This document shows, one piece after another, positions 1-12,827 of a stretch of 64,000 nucleotides of DNA (within the stretch, counting starts at the first letter, position 1; the number at the start of each line of letters is the position of its first letter). The notes beneath the pieces were generated by a model. It was not told the origin of the DNA. It searched no databases and saw only the letters and a program-made list of their open reading frames with translations. The position numbers were made by a program, and so were the translations under genes. The stretch comes from Lobosporangium transversale (Eukaryota). Where the stretch lies: assembly GCF_002105155.1 (NCBI RefSeq), contig NW_019028982.1:620001-684000 (forward strand), read 5' to 3'.

Positions 1-415
1 TGAGCCAAGGTTTAGAGCCTCACTGCTAATATAGGATTGGTAATTCAGGAGAGAGTTGCAAGTTCAAATAATGGATGCAAAGACATCCTTTTCTTAATCG
101 TCTTAGTGCTTTATCTGGTCATGCAATATTGGCTTGAAAATATTGTGGCATTTTTTTTTTAAATAATTCGTCTTATTACTGACCGTCTGCATCTTATGAA
201 TGTGGGAAAGCACGAGTGTAAAAACGATGATGCAGGGGCCAAGCCGCTAACTTGAAATATACACTTTCTTCCATCCACAGCCTTTTGGAAAAACAGATAA
301 GCTTAGTTGGATTTAGCTTACAAGTTCCTGATTTTGAACCAGTGAAGCACACTGAATTTTTTGAACGGGTCTACAGTGCACAGCCACACTTGAACTGTCG
401 CGTTGGACTCTGATT

Positions 416-2343
416 ATGCGACTCAATCCTCTCATCCATTTAATGGCTGATGTTTTTCTGACCATGCTTTCAAACCAAAGTGTCACCATCTTTGATATTC
501 CACTTATTCTTGAGCTCATTTCCGAGAGTCTGTCAAAAAAAGACCTTCAGCAATGTATTCTCGTCTCACATGCTTGGCATGATGCGTTTATCCCATTTCT
601 CTGGCATGACATTCGCATTTTCCTTAAATGTAGCCTAAAACGCTTTCGAGCTGAAGAAGTTCATTCTGTTTTGCTTTCCCAAAACAGGGCTTCTTTGATA
701 CATTCAATAACAACATATCGCGGGGAGCTTTTCCCATGGCTGCAACCGAATCCTCAAAGAAATAAACGAGAACGGAAGCGATTGCGTAGACTACAGCACC
801 AGCAGGTGCAAAGACAAAAATCTAGCCTTGACGCCATCGTTGATGTCCACAACAATAATATCATCAAAATGAATAATGAAATCGAGGATCAATGCAAGGT
901 CAAAGGCGGCGAGGATGCTCAAGGCAACATTCATTCGACCGCCTTTAGTCGTCTCCACTTGTCGCCCTCCAAATTTGCACCACCTCTGCCAGCACAAGTG
1001 TCCAGTTTTGAGCCTCTTGTGTTGACGAACTTGAAGGTTCTTCGATGTCTCTCGTTCCCATGCGACCTTCTCAGTACTGGGCACAACAATGAATATCTGT
1101 ACCAGATCCTGACATTTGTGGAAGCTTGCCCGCATTTGCACACGTTTGAGCTTGATCACTTTGTCTATGAATCTCATTTTATCATCCGTCTGAGTAAAGT
1201 CCTCTGCCACCATAGTTCCCTAAAGGACTTTTCACTCTTACCAGCAAAAGCCATTCACTTAAGGGATCTACAAATCTTGCTTCGGCATTGTAATCGGTTA
1301 GAATCGCTCGAAGTAGCTTGTTATCCTTATTGTCCTACAACTTCAAGTGAGGAGGAGATGAAGGAGTTAGAAGAGATGCCCGAGACTACAATTCGACACC
1401 TGAATTTCGCCAGGGTAGTTTCTTCGGGCCTCATTCCTACTCTAGTCGCATTTTTGAAAAAGTGTCCCCAATTAATCGAGCTACGATTCCTGGATCATAA
1501 TGAATCTCAGCTTCTGATGGAAACGATTACAAACTATTTACCGAAACTTTGCCGACTAGATTTTTCGCGTACTACAATACAAATTGCAAGGGTGATCAAT
1601 GCCTGCCAGACCGGGATAGAGTCCTTCAAGGGTAAAATGAATAGGTTGTTATCATCGAGACGATCAATACGTTGTTATTGCAACAATCGAGATATGGGTT
1701 CACATTACGAGATATCTGCCTTGCGAGTTGCTCTGCAGTTCAAGGTCGGGATATTCAGGCGATTTTGGTATCGTGTCCAAATCTCGTGAGTTTCCATGGT
1801 ATGCCTCTATTGGCTCGGAATGATTTCTTTATTAATGATGAATCGCCCATCTTGAGCGTGATTGACATGAAAGAAGAAGCTAAGACTAGAGCCAAAGACA
1901 AAGCCAAATCTACAGTCAACAACAACCGCAGCTTTTCTGCGACAGTGGATTGGGTTTGTTTGAGGTTGAGAGAATTGACATTGCGGTTCGAAGAAACTGA
2001 AATGGAAGTGTTTCCGAAGTTAATTACGGATCAAATCTGTGCATTAAAACAGTTAGAATACCTACGGTTATTGGTAGAGCCTCAACGTGTTTCTAACAAG
2101 AGTACCGACTCAGCTCCGACCCCCATTTATGCACCCATTGTTGAAGGAACGATGGAGCCTGAGCCATCGACCCTACTAGATCTGGATTTCAGGACAGCAT
2201 TTGAAAAACAGGTCTTACAATCCTTACCATTATTAAAGTTAGTGACTTATGATTATGATGTAGGAGAGTCGTCGCGAGAAAGTACAAACAACCAATATTC
2301 TATTCCAAACTTTGCCAAGAGTAATAAGATAACACCTACGTAA
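416..2343 (+). CDS. F-box/LRR(RNI)-like protein of a Mortierellaceae-type expanded family; split by one frameshift near 1641 (sequencing error or pseudogene)
   Basis: N-terminal F-box-like motif IFDIPLILELISESLSKKDLQQCILVSHAWHDAFIPFLW, LRR-like LxxLxL segments and a family-typical WVCLRLRELTL motif. ORFs 416-1789 and 1672-2343 overlap in different frames; adding one base at atgaat^aggttgtt joins them. Confidence 0.6.
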
Positions 2344-2648
2344 CCAAATAATATCAATAAATAAAATCAATGCCGGTAAATAAAAAAAAAAAAAAGTTCT
2401 ATTTCCAGTTCTATGACAAGGCATGCTCGCAGGAATTTATTGATGAGTCGTTTTTCTTCATATTATATGTGAATAAGAATAAGCCTCTCCATACTTCTGC
2501 TTTCGCTCCTTGTCCCTCTATCGTGAGCGTCATATTGTGTATCGTGCTGTGTGTTTAAGTGAATAACCGTCCAAAGTCGGATATGGGTAGAAAAAAATTG
2601 TGGACGAGAAAATATTTGATTTGCGTTCGTTCAGTTCAAATAGTTTTT

Positions 2649-3567
2649 TTAATGATGATGAGGCTTCTGCTCGAAACGGATGCCGCCTGGATCAGATTAA
2701 AGAAAAGGGAAAAAAAAATGGGTATTTAGTCAAATCACTCTGTCTCTACATAACACTCGTACCAGCATACATCAATTGATATTAAACGCTTAATAAACTA
2801 ATATAACGTACAGTATCCACATGCATGAGCGCCAGGACGATCCTATGTAGTTGAATCAGATAGAAATAAGGCGAAGAAAAAAAAAGTTGACACGATTAGA
2901 TACAGGAAAGTATTCAATGACATCTCCTTTTGTGCTTCAAATCTTATCAGAAATAGTGATGATCGATAGTTACCAAATTGATCCAAACAGCAGGATGTCC
3001 CAAGGATCCTCCGCCTCCATCGCATCGTGCACGACGACCCTCAACCAAACGAATAGGCTCCTCAGCAATCAACTCAACAGCAGCGCGTGGTTTAGGCTTG
3101 ATGTTTGAAGTAATAAGTAAAAATGGCAATGGTAGTAATCATTATAATAAATGAGAGATAAAGTTGTACAGAGTCAGTTATTGTGTGATCCTAGTGAAGG
3201 TTGAAACTGTTCCATTCCAGAATTCCTTCATCCTTTTGTAATGTCCCTGGATTTCGGATTGTCCGGAATCCTGAATAAAATTCTGTGAATCCATCTGCTT
3301 GCTCTTTTTTTTTTTTTAAGAATCTGGTGCATTTACCTGAGCCTCAATATCCACATGTTCAAAGCGGGGGCCTTTGAATGCAATCTTCTTTTCAACTTGA
3401 TTCTCGCTCCAAGTTGTATCTCTATTGACAGCCTGTTTGAGGTCGTGGCGGATGTTTTGAGCAACGGCTGTAGAGGATGAGAGTGTGCGGATTGCAATAG
3501 CGTTAACATTACGGACACTAGCAGCAACCACTGCCTGAGAGGCTCTGATGCACTTGACTGTGTTCAT
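2649..3567 (-). CDS. NDUFS6: NADH:ubiquinone oxidoreductase zinc-finger subunit (NDUFS6 / 13 kDa-A), 4 exons
   Basis: Mitochondrial presequence followed by TWSENQ..FKGPRFE, then spliced [67 protein letters not shown] zinc motif present; GT-AG introns. Confidence 0.93.
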
Positions 3568-4162
3568 GGTGCTTTATTGTTTTAGTGCAAAATGTCAATA
3601 GAGAGGAGTGATGGAGTGGAGAGATTACAATTCATTCAATCCACAACCCGAATTATACAAGAGATCTTTTTACAACCCCACTTGCTTCGGACTGTTTAGC
3701 TCCGAAATGGCATGGTACAATACAAATGTTGCTCAAATTGCGTCTTGAAAACATTTTGCACGTGCTCCTATTTAAATTTTTATGGCAGATGCTACTGGAC
3801 AAATCCAAAGACCCTTGAACGTCAAGAATTATAGATGTGCTGAAGCGCCACTTTTTCAGAGATAAGTAGCAAGGACGTGTAGACAAGGCCATTCATGTCT
3901 TGGCGGGTCTGTGCTCTCAATAAGAATATATGAGAAAAAAAAACTAACGTGTGTTGCTTAAAATACGTTGTTTCGTATGTCACAAGCTCCATCTGTTCTC
4001 GATACTCTTTTCCTATCGTATTCATACTTGTAATTTACTCTATGTGCGCTTGTAATCCAGAGTAAATACTAGGCTGGGAAATACCACAGGGTGCTTTCCT
4101 TTCTTTGGTAAAACCCTTATTTGTGAAAATCCCCCCCTACCTTCTGGTTAATTGAGAAGTAG

Positions 4163-4195
<33 letters not shown>

Positions 4196-4386
4196 CGAAT
4201 CGAATCTGTTATCAAGCTTTCCACCATCTCATGATGCGCTCCTCTCCCAGGTATGCGTGCCATGGTTTATCCCATGCACCATATTTATGACGGAGGTAAA
4301 CTCCTTGGCGGTGTAGCTGATGAAGCCACTCTCGAATTCCCGCCACTAAGGGCGAATTGGAGACATTCCGTGCAGATCCGGCTACT

Positions 4387-7176
4387 AGCTACATCTCAGG
4401 TCATGTTCTACATTTCAATGGTTCAAAGATCCATTTCCATCCTTGAGTATAGACAATTTACAGTAGGATGTATATTACCAACAACAGTGATTTCTATTTG
4501 AGAAAGAGCCTGAACTCACAATGATCAAGGGCACTCAATTTGTAATATTTCAGACAAACAATGTTTATTGCCAACTATTTGTTATTCTGCCACGCCCAAA
4601 CTGCGCACTCACCTCTTTTCTTTTCTTCTTCTTCCTCCTCTTCCTCCTCTTCCTCTTCTTCCTCCTCCTTCCTCTTCCTACCTTCATCTCCTTCCTTCCT
4701 TCTCTCTCCTCCATCTCTCTTTCATTGTGTGTGTCTGTGTGTGTTTGTCTGTGTGTAAGTGTGTTTGTGTCTGGTGTCTGGTGCCTGTTGGGCCTTGCTC
4801 TCGCTTCTCCAAGCTGAAGTCTCATTGCAGTAGTCTATCGAACAATCAGTCAATGAAGCCTCGCTTTGACCAAAGCCCCCTTGGTTCAGACGGCAGGAAA
4901 CAGGGTTACACAACATGGCAGTACAATTGCACGACCACGCGCAGCACGGTCGTAATTGGCCTAATCCGGAGTGATTCGGCGCATCGATATACCACTAAGT
5001 ACTTATACCTATATTTCCTACGCGAAAGTACCAAGAGCGCTCCGATCAAAGCGAGGCCCAGAGACTAGAAGTCCTCTAGGGCTACTGCAATGATCTCTCC
5101 TCAAGGGACTGCGTGAGGTCGGCGGGCGAGTGGAAGGGGGCCCAGTAGAGGGCCCGGCGGACTAGGTCCTAAGCAGCTAGGCCTCTAAAGAAAGAAGACA
5201 AAAAACAAACAAACACGTGGTTAGAATATTTGGGAACACAGCAGAGCTCTCCCCAGTACAAAGACAATAAAGGACAGGAAAGCACGACATAGACTCTAAA
5301 AGGGATTGCACTTACAGTACTGCTCTCATCCCATTTCGGTAAGCACTGCATAGGTTCATGGCAGGCTTTGGAATGATCGTCACCGTGGCTCCAGGGTTAT
5401 TGGCCCCTGTTACGGCTAGAAGAAAGAAGGCAAAAGGGTGAGGGCGAGGCGGTAAGTATACTGGATTTGTTTTGGTGATAGGATAGACAACAGGTAGTCA
5501 CAGGCAAAACAAAGCGAAGCTACGCATACACTGTAACTTACTTGATGTCGGCGGCGAGGGTACTTTGATGGACCGTGCTTTTTTCTGATTAAGCTCTTAT
5601 TTTTATTTCTATGCTTCTGGCTTGTTCAGGGCGTTTTCTGGCTTTGCTCTGTAGCTGGCTAGGAGTTTGTGTGGTTTGCAGTCTAAGGGTAGCATGAATA
5701 GAGGGAGAAGTAGACAGAAAAAAAGAAGGGTCGAAATAAGGACGATGAAGCATAGACTGGGAAAGCTGTGAACTTCAGTAGGAGTGGCTGTTTGGGGAGT
5801 GCTGCTTACCTTTCATCTTGATCGGGGCCGATAGTCGAGGAGACCGAGGAGAAAGAGAAAAATAGCAGTGGTCGGATTCCAAGGCGCGATACACCAAGTA
5901 CCTTGCTTGCTGTACGCTCAAGAGCGACCAATAAAATATCAACAACAAATAAAAAAAATATACGGGTCTTTGATATCCCTGTCATATTTCATATGAAAAT
6001 GAGGAAACAAAGTATCAACGTTTACATGTCGACCCATAAAAAGCACATATTGAGGGGATGGCGTGTTGTATTATTTTGGCGTTCTAAAAAGGAAAAAAGG
6101 AAGAAAAAAAGGGAAAAAGAAAAAAAAGTCTGTTCGGACAAAAACTGCCGCAGCATAGTTCCCACGATAGTTTATCCTCTTCCTTGTTAGAGATGAAGAG
6201 CGAGAATGGGAGAAGAGAGCTAAATAGTAAACTTGACTGATAAGTGCCTGATGGGCCCTATTACTAAGAACTAAAAGGTACTCGAGCTAAATACTAGTGA
6301 TAAACAGAGTATGCGAGCTTTAACAAGTTTGTGCTCTGAATCTCGTTCTTTTACTGCACTGTTTTTCTTTTTTTCTTTGTTGTATGCCATACAAAGAGAG
6401 CAATGTGGCTCGTGCTCTTGTTGTGCTGTTGCATGTATGACCCTGCATATCTTTGAGGATAGAATGTTATTAATGCTATTTCCACCTACACCGTGAGAGT
6501 TTTTTCTTCCTCCACCTTGCAAGCATATGAAAATTAACGAATGACATCACAGGTGCGCAGATTATCTATTATCAATCTTCTTCTTGAATAAGGCGTAAAA
6601 AAAGCAAAATGCTGAATATGTGTTTGTTATTCAGTCAATCCTTTAAAATCACAAATTGGTTTCAGGGACACGTCCAACAAATAAAAGCAAACCTTATTTG
6701 ACGAACGACAGTTTGGCGATTTGAATCCTTCCTTAATGTTGTTACCGTCATTTTTTCTTTTTTTTTTTGCCAAAAGCCTTGCACTGTTGACAGCAAGAGT
6801 CCCATTGTCAAGTTCCATCACTGTCTCCATAGTTTCGCATGAAAAAAAAAGTCACTGGATGTATAAATACCTCTCTTTTCCCCCGCCAAGCTTGCTCCTC
6901 ACTCAGGCACTTTACATGTGTTTGGTGCGTCTCCCCGCGGCGTTGCATCAGCCAGTAGTTCTGGTCCACCACAGGTGCGAACCAGGCGAAAATGTTGCTC
7001 CAGCGCTTCAACAGGTGTGGTTGTTTGTACTCGTTGATGATCGGTCGGCGGACTGTCAGAGAGTTGCGGGGCCAGCGGGGCGCATTAGTCAGACCACCTC
7101 CTCGTGGTGCGTCCTGGGCTGTCTGCTCATCTGCAGACAGGCGAAGAGTCTGACACTCTTTATAACTCTTAGTGTT

Positions 7177-7207
<31 letters not shown>

Positions 7208-8795
7208 TTTATTTTTTATTTTTTTTTAAAAAAAAAAAAAAAACTCTTTGTTCAACAAAGCATTAGCTCGTCTTGCTGGTGTACACCTTTCTTTCATCTC
7301 CTAGAGCAAAACTTCCTCGCAGCCATCTTTTTTCCGAATACAGAAGCGAATGATTAGCCGCTTTGGAGGCATGAAGGTTTTGGTTGATTGTTGTTTGTTA
7401 AACGATTCATTTGAGCAGGAATCAAGGAGTGAATAAACGAATCTGTAAGAACGGTTGACGCTACGTCGGGCGTGCTTTTTTCTGAGCATAGTGGATAGGA
7501 TATAGCTCAAATGACATTAGGGCAAACGACACGGGACATTGGATATAGAGCATAGGAAAACCTCGAGTCAAAATATAATACTCAAGGTCACCAACTGCAG
7601 TCAGCTTAAATGCTAGAGTCTCGAGAAGCTAAAGTACCCAAGTCAACCAAGATGCTCAAGATACTCAAGATCTCAAGGTCATCAAGTGCTCAAGGTGTTC
7701 ATTCTTTACTCGATGCTGTGAGTATCAGGCTCTCGAGGTAAGCTGAGACCCTTTTCTATTTCCTTCTTGCTCATTGAAGTAGATGTTTCCAAGTTCCAAG
7801 TGAGAACCAATAATAACAGTGAGAGTGCTAAGTGATGTAACTTGTATTGAAACTGAAGGCTTCTACAGTGCTGATTTTTTTTATTTTATTATATTTTTAC
7901 TCAACTTCTAATTGGTGTAGTCTGCGCTTTATCCCAAAGATCGGTATATTAGAACCCATTTGTTTAGTGTGTTTACCTAGCTATATGCTGAGGCTGTGTG
8001 AAAGCAAAGTGGAGGGTTCTTCAGCAGTCCTATCCACAGCCAAGGCATTAAAAGCTTTGTTACTAAGCTTTTATTCTATTTCCTGCAGATGTCTATATTA
8101 TTAAGATGCATGGCACCAAGTCAGGACCTGCAGAGCGAGAGTCTGCAGCTTCTGAGACTGAGGCAGTAACTCCGGTAGGTGGTGCTTTGTCAAGGATCTA
8201 GGCATATAACAACGCGACATGGTATCTTCCGAGCTAAGCAGATGGTTAAGTCGTGGTAAGAGCACAATCAGTTGGGAGGGTAAGCTTTGGCGCTTATTGA
8301 GGACATTCGATGAAAACTATCCTAATGAGAACCATGTCTGTGATGGCACCAGCATGCTTATAAGCAACAAATCTATACAAGAAAGAAAAAAAAAGGAGGG
8401 TGAGATTGGAGGAGAAGTAACACACAAACACACAGACAAACACACACAGACACACACACAATGAAAGAGAGATGGAGGAGAGAGAAGGAAGGAAGGAGAT
8501 GAAGGTAGGAAGAGGAAGGAGGAGGAAGAGGAGGAAGAGGAGGAAGAGGAGGAAGAGGAAAAGAAAAAGATGAGTGCACAGTTTGGGCGTGGTAGAATAA
8601 CAAATAGTTGGCAATAAACATTGTTTGTCTGAAATATTACAAATTGAGTGCCCTTGATCATTGTGAGTTCAGGCTCTTTCTCAAATAGAAATCACTGTTG
8701 TTGGTAATATACATCCTACTGTAAATTGTCTATACTCAAGGATGGAAATGGATCTTTGAGCCGTTAAAATGTAGAACATGACCTGAGATGTAGCT
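4387..8795. mobile_element. Degenerate element bounded by ~370-bp inverted repeats (putative non-autonomous TIR DNA transposon, or an inverted duplication)
   Basis: 4387-~4755 is the near-identical reverse complement of ~8420-8795 (agctacatctcaggtcatgttctac... / ...gtagaacatgacctgagatgtagct), including a (CCT/CTT)n tract and a (GT)n tract. No intact transposase ORF inside. Confidence 0.6.
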
Positions 8796-9600
8796 TGCAA
8801 GCTCGAGCAGCTCTGCCACTAAGCGCAAACACGCATGCCTATCTCAAACACCCAACACCCGTATCCAGTATGGCTATTGATAAATATTTTTTAAAGAACC
8901 TTTATCACACACTTGGATTATACAGTATCTCGCGGATGCAAATTTTAAGCTTGGGCTATTTGTATGAGCGCAGGCCAAGCCAAACCATGCACATGTGGTT
9001 GTACAGTGCGACCATGAAGAGGGATTAGATGAAAGCATATAAAGGAGGTTGGAAGATCGGCAAATATAGGCGAATATGGGATGTTCACATGTCAACAGAC
9101 TTCATCGCGGACACCTGAAATGGCATACGTTTATCAGAGTTGTAACCCAAAATCAATGAGAAGGGATATTGCATCGATACTTAAAAAAAGAACTCGGTAA
9201 GCTTATAGGTATATATTGAAAGACACTGAGGGCGTAGTGAGTGGCAGAAGAAGACGGAAAGGATCGCTCTTAGAGAGCCATCACATGAATACTCCCTATT
9301 AGAAGGTGTCTAGCAACTGAAGGAAGCCTGTAGCGTCTGTATGTATGAAATGGTCAGTGAGAAACAATCAATCCTTTACCCATATCCAAGTTCTTCACCT
9401 CTGTCAGTGAGCGTTAGTGCATTGCACACAAGCCGCACAGGCTGGTTACGAGCCTACCTCTTTGTAACAAATAACACAAATATAACAAACATAAAGGTTT
9501 TTATCAAGTTCACGCTTTTGTTAAATAGTATCGATGTGGTTTATTCACTGAGGGTTTGGATGAATTATAGAGGAGAAAAAAAACGGATTAAAGATAATTT

Positions 9601-9631
<31 letters not shown>

Positions 9632-10090
9632 GTTATCTAATTTACAACGAAGCTTTTTAAATTCCTGTATCTAAAGAAAAGACACCTCTATTTGTTCTGA
9701 CAAGAGAAATAGTTTAGTATCAGAAGTTAGACATTTCATCAGGAAGCCGTTTGCTTCGCCACTAATGCTATGAAAGACCGTTCAAGCAAAAATATTCTTG
9801 AAGAGTTTGGGTTAGAGACATTTGGACTTTATCAATTCCCTCGTATCAATAAGACACTGGTTATGAAAGATGGGCGTCTCACAAAGACCTAGAAGGTGTT
9901 GTGTTTGAATTTTTTTTTATTCAGCCAAGAATAATGATGCCCCAATTGTTAGCAGCACCTTGCAGGAATAAAAAGAGGAACCTGTTCAAAAAGACGAGCA
10001 GGGAAAAAAGTTATGAATGTTCATTTATACAAAACTCCACAAGGAGACTGATAGTGAAAAAAGGTAGAGGTGCCGCGTTTTCACAAAATC

Positions 10091-10321
10091 TTAACGGCCT
10101 TTGCCGTCGGAGCCGAGCTTGACAGTATGGCCACTTGGGGTCGTGTAGCGAGCGGTACCGGTGCTTGGGTTGGCGTAATAGGTAGAACCGTTCGAATTTT
10201 GATAGTAATACGACCCGTTACTATTGTTGTAATAGTATGAATTCGGGGAATTCACGTAATAGTAAGTGCCGTCCGACTTAGTACCATGGCGATTGCCAGA
10301 AGCGTAGCGTGGGTTACTCAT
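10091..10321 (-). CDS. Small Tyr/Asn/Ser/Gly-rich repeat protein (uncharacterised fungal family)
   Basis: 76-aa ORF with four 9-aa repeats: YYYVNSPNS, YYYNNSNGS, YYYQNSNGS, TYYANPSTG. Confidence 0.7.
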   Translation of the reverse strand: MSNPRYASGNRHGTKSDGTYYYVNSPNSYYYNNSNGSYYYQNSNGSTYYANPSTGTARYTTPSGHTVKLGSDGKGR

Positions 10322-10795
10322 GATTGAAAGGATTGAAAGAGGTGATTCCTCTTGAAATGGAAGAAGACGGTGTCATTTTGAACAAATGTGGCTTAGCTAG
10401 AGCGAGGGAGTATTCGTTCACGCGATGTGGTTATAGCTATTGACACAAATACTGCCCAGACACAGCTTGCGGTTGACGCTTACCTCAGCTGCCATGAAGG
10501 CCAAAAACGCTGTATCCTATATTATTCTCATGATACGGCGCCTAACTCCTTTAGCTAACAGCAAATAGACTGTTGTCACTCCATTCTATGCTTCCATGCT
10601 CCAGTACCCCTATATTAGCGCTCTGCACTCTCTAATGCGGAGCTACGCTTAAGACACGAGGGCTTGGAAGCCCTCATAGTTTAGGTGCGGAGCTATTCTA
10701 GATGTGCTGTATGAAAAGGATTCTATTTCTTTTATAATATTTTATTTACTTCAAATCCTCTTCTTCCTCCAGCTATATACTTCAATTCGATTCCT

Positions 10796-11071
10796 TTAAA
10801 AGCAAGTGCCACCCATAGCTCCATTTCTTTTGCACAAGTCGTAGAACCAGCTCTTCTCGTCGGTTTTAACGTTGTAAACATGGTATTGGTCATCTTTCCA
10901 GCCTTGCCACCAGTGCCTCGCGCCCTTCAAGTAAACTTGTTTGGTGACTTCCTTACGGCGAACACATGAGGAAGATCCACAGTCAACACAGTAGCAGGAC
11001 CAAGCCATGGTTACGTTGAGGAACATTAAGCAGAAGACGAGCACTGCAAGCACATTATTGATTCTGCCCAT
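10796..11071 (-). CDS. Small secreted cysteine-rich protein (KP6 killer-toxin-like cysteine pattern)
   Basis: Hydrophobic signal peptide ending ...NVTMA, then a 68-aa basic mature part with 6 Cys: WSCYCVDCGSSSC...WFYDLCKRNGAMGGTCF. Confidence 0.8.
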   Translation of the reverse strand: MGRINNVLAVLVFCLMFLNVTMAWSCYCVDCGSSSCVRRKEVTKQVYLKGARHWWQGWKDDQYHVYNVKTDEKSWFYDLCKRNGAMGGTCF

Positions 11072-12827
11072 TTTGTCGTATATTTTTGTTATTGATGGGT
11101 GGCTAGGAAAGAAAAGAAAAGAAAAAAAAACAGAGATGAGAAGATGGTACTAGGGAATGATAAATGAAGGGGAAAAGAAGTATTACTTACCTTGTGTCAA
11201 ATGTAATGTATGTCACGAAAAGGAAGGGAAAAAAGAAAAGAAACAGATGAGATCGGATTTTATAAGCAAATGTCCTGACTTCTCAAGGCTCTCTTGTCCA
11301 TGTCCCTGCAATCGAACATTGAGAAGGATACCAAATAAAATTTTTGTGCGGCGTGCTTGTATTAAAACTCGACATTTTCCTCCTCGGTGTCATTCTATGG
11401 TGTAACACACAACGTCCTTCAGAAATCGCGGCGTTTCTGGTGTAGATACAACTTTATTATTATTTGTTTGTTCACACTGTAAGGGAATGCTTTTTTAACT
11501 TCTTCTATTCAGTCGGCTATGCTTCGTAACTCTTCCAGGTCTGCTGTTTTACGGTTGCTATCGAAAGCAAAGGACAGTTGATCGGAACTAACGACGCGGA
11601 ACTTTTTCCTGGAAATGCCTTTGTGTGTTCGCAGTTCTTTCTGACATTGAGTACACACAACCCTTTTTTTTTGTTGTGCCCAGATATCTGTTGCCTTTCA
11701 AGACCGCGTGGCGAAGGAGCTTGCTTCCCAATAGGCTCTGTCTCTTGTTTCAAAATTGCTGAACGCCTTGCTAGATCGATATTAATTGACTATATAGAAC
11801 AGTCGTTTATATTTTTATTTTTTGACCTATTACTACACGACGTTCAACAACTCATACAATAGAGAGCCAATGCAGTCTTGCTATTGTAAACGTTGTAATA
11901 AGTGACGAAATCATCATGAGAGAGCCGCTGCTAATTCCCTCACAGGACCACAAAGTGAACTTCTCATGATCTATATGATACATATTATTGCGCATTATAG
12001 CTTTTTTTTATTTTATTTTTTTTATTTAGTTCTCTGGAGTAGTTGCCTTTGTAGCATTCGACATTTTTCGAGTGCCAAGGCCAGTGAAGTAAACTAACGT
12101 ATGGTTATATATTGGTCTTTTTGGACTAGCTTTTTTGGCTACAGAACCTAGCTTGACTCCCTCCCTCAGACCCTTGCTCTTTTTTGTTTTCCCTGAAGGC
12201 TGAAGCATCTTCCTGAGCTCTGTCATTTCGCCTCCAGTGCATTAGCATTCATACGAATGCGAGGCAAGCTTTTCCCCCTAGAGGCACTTTTATTGTTTTT
12301 GATGGTGGTCTGTGCACTTTTTTTTTTTTTTTTTTTGTTAGAAAATGTAGACTTTCAATATTCTTCATACAGCCAAAAACATGTAAAGACTGCTCTGGAA
12401 TGCTATAACCTTTGACTGGAGTGCACATTGTTGGTGCTGGACCATTCAGGTGTTAAAAAAAAATGCTGGATATGGATTTTTTTTTTTTTTTTTTTTAAAA
12501 AAACGAACTAATCAGAATAGAAGATCCCTAACCAATCAGAACTTTAGGCCACCAGATTCACGATTTCCTTTTTAGTATAGGTGACGTACAGGTACATGTC
12601 AGGACGACAATGTCATGACCAATCCATTTAAATGGAACTTCATTGAACAAATGCATTGCATCTGCCCTCTCACCTTTTCTTTTTTTTTTTTTCTCCCTTT
12701 ATATTGCTCTATCTCATATCTTTTAGTCACCACAATAATTTTCTATCTCTCTTTCCTCCTACATCACCTCCCAAAAAAAGCATTTTCATTCATTCAAACA
12801 TTCAAATACATACACACAAGTGAGGCA

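Noticed and set aside
4521..5068. Poly-Ser, poly-Leu/Phe and poly-Arg/Lys ORFs, and their mirror copies at 8294-8661
   Set aside because: They are translations of the (CCT/CTT)n and (GT)n microsatellites within the inverted repeats.
8800..9900. Coding-like fragments (e.g. HQEAVCFATNAMKDRSSKNILEEFGLETFGLYQFPRINK) beyond the right inverted repeat
   Set aside because: Interrupted by stops and no family recognised; possibly a gene relic but not supportable.
12026..12226. 66-aa basic ORF
   Set aside because: No recognisable motif or supporting gene structure.
12615..12827. Hydrophobic N-terminal extension of the UFD1-like ORF
   Set aside because: It reads through pyrimidine-rich promoter/UTR sequence; the ATG at 12828, directly before the UFD1 domain, is the more plausible start.
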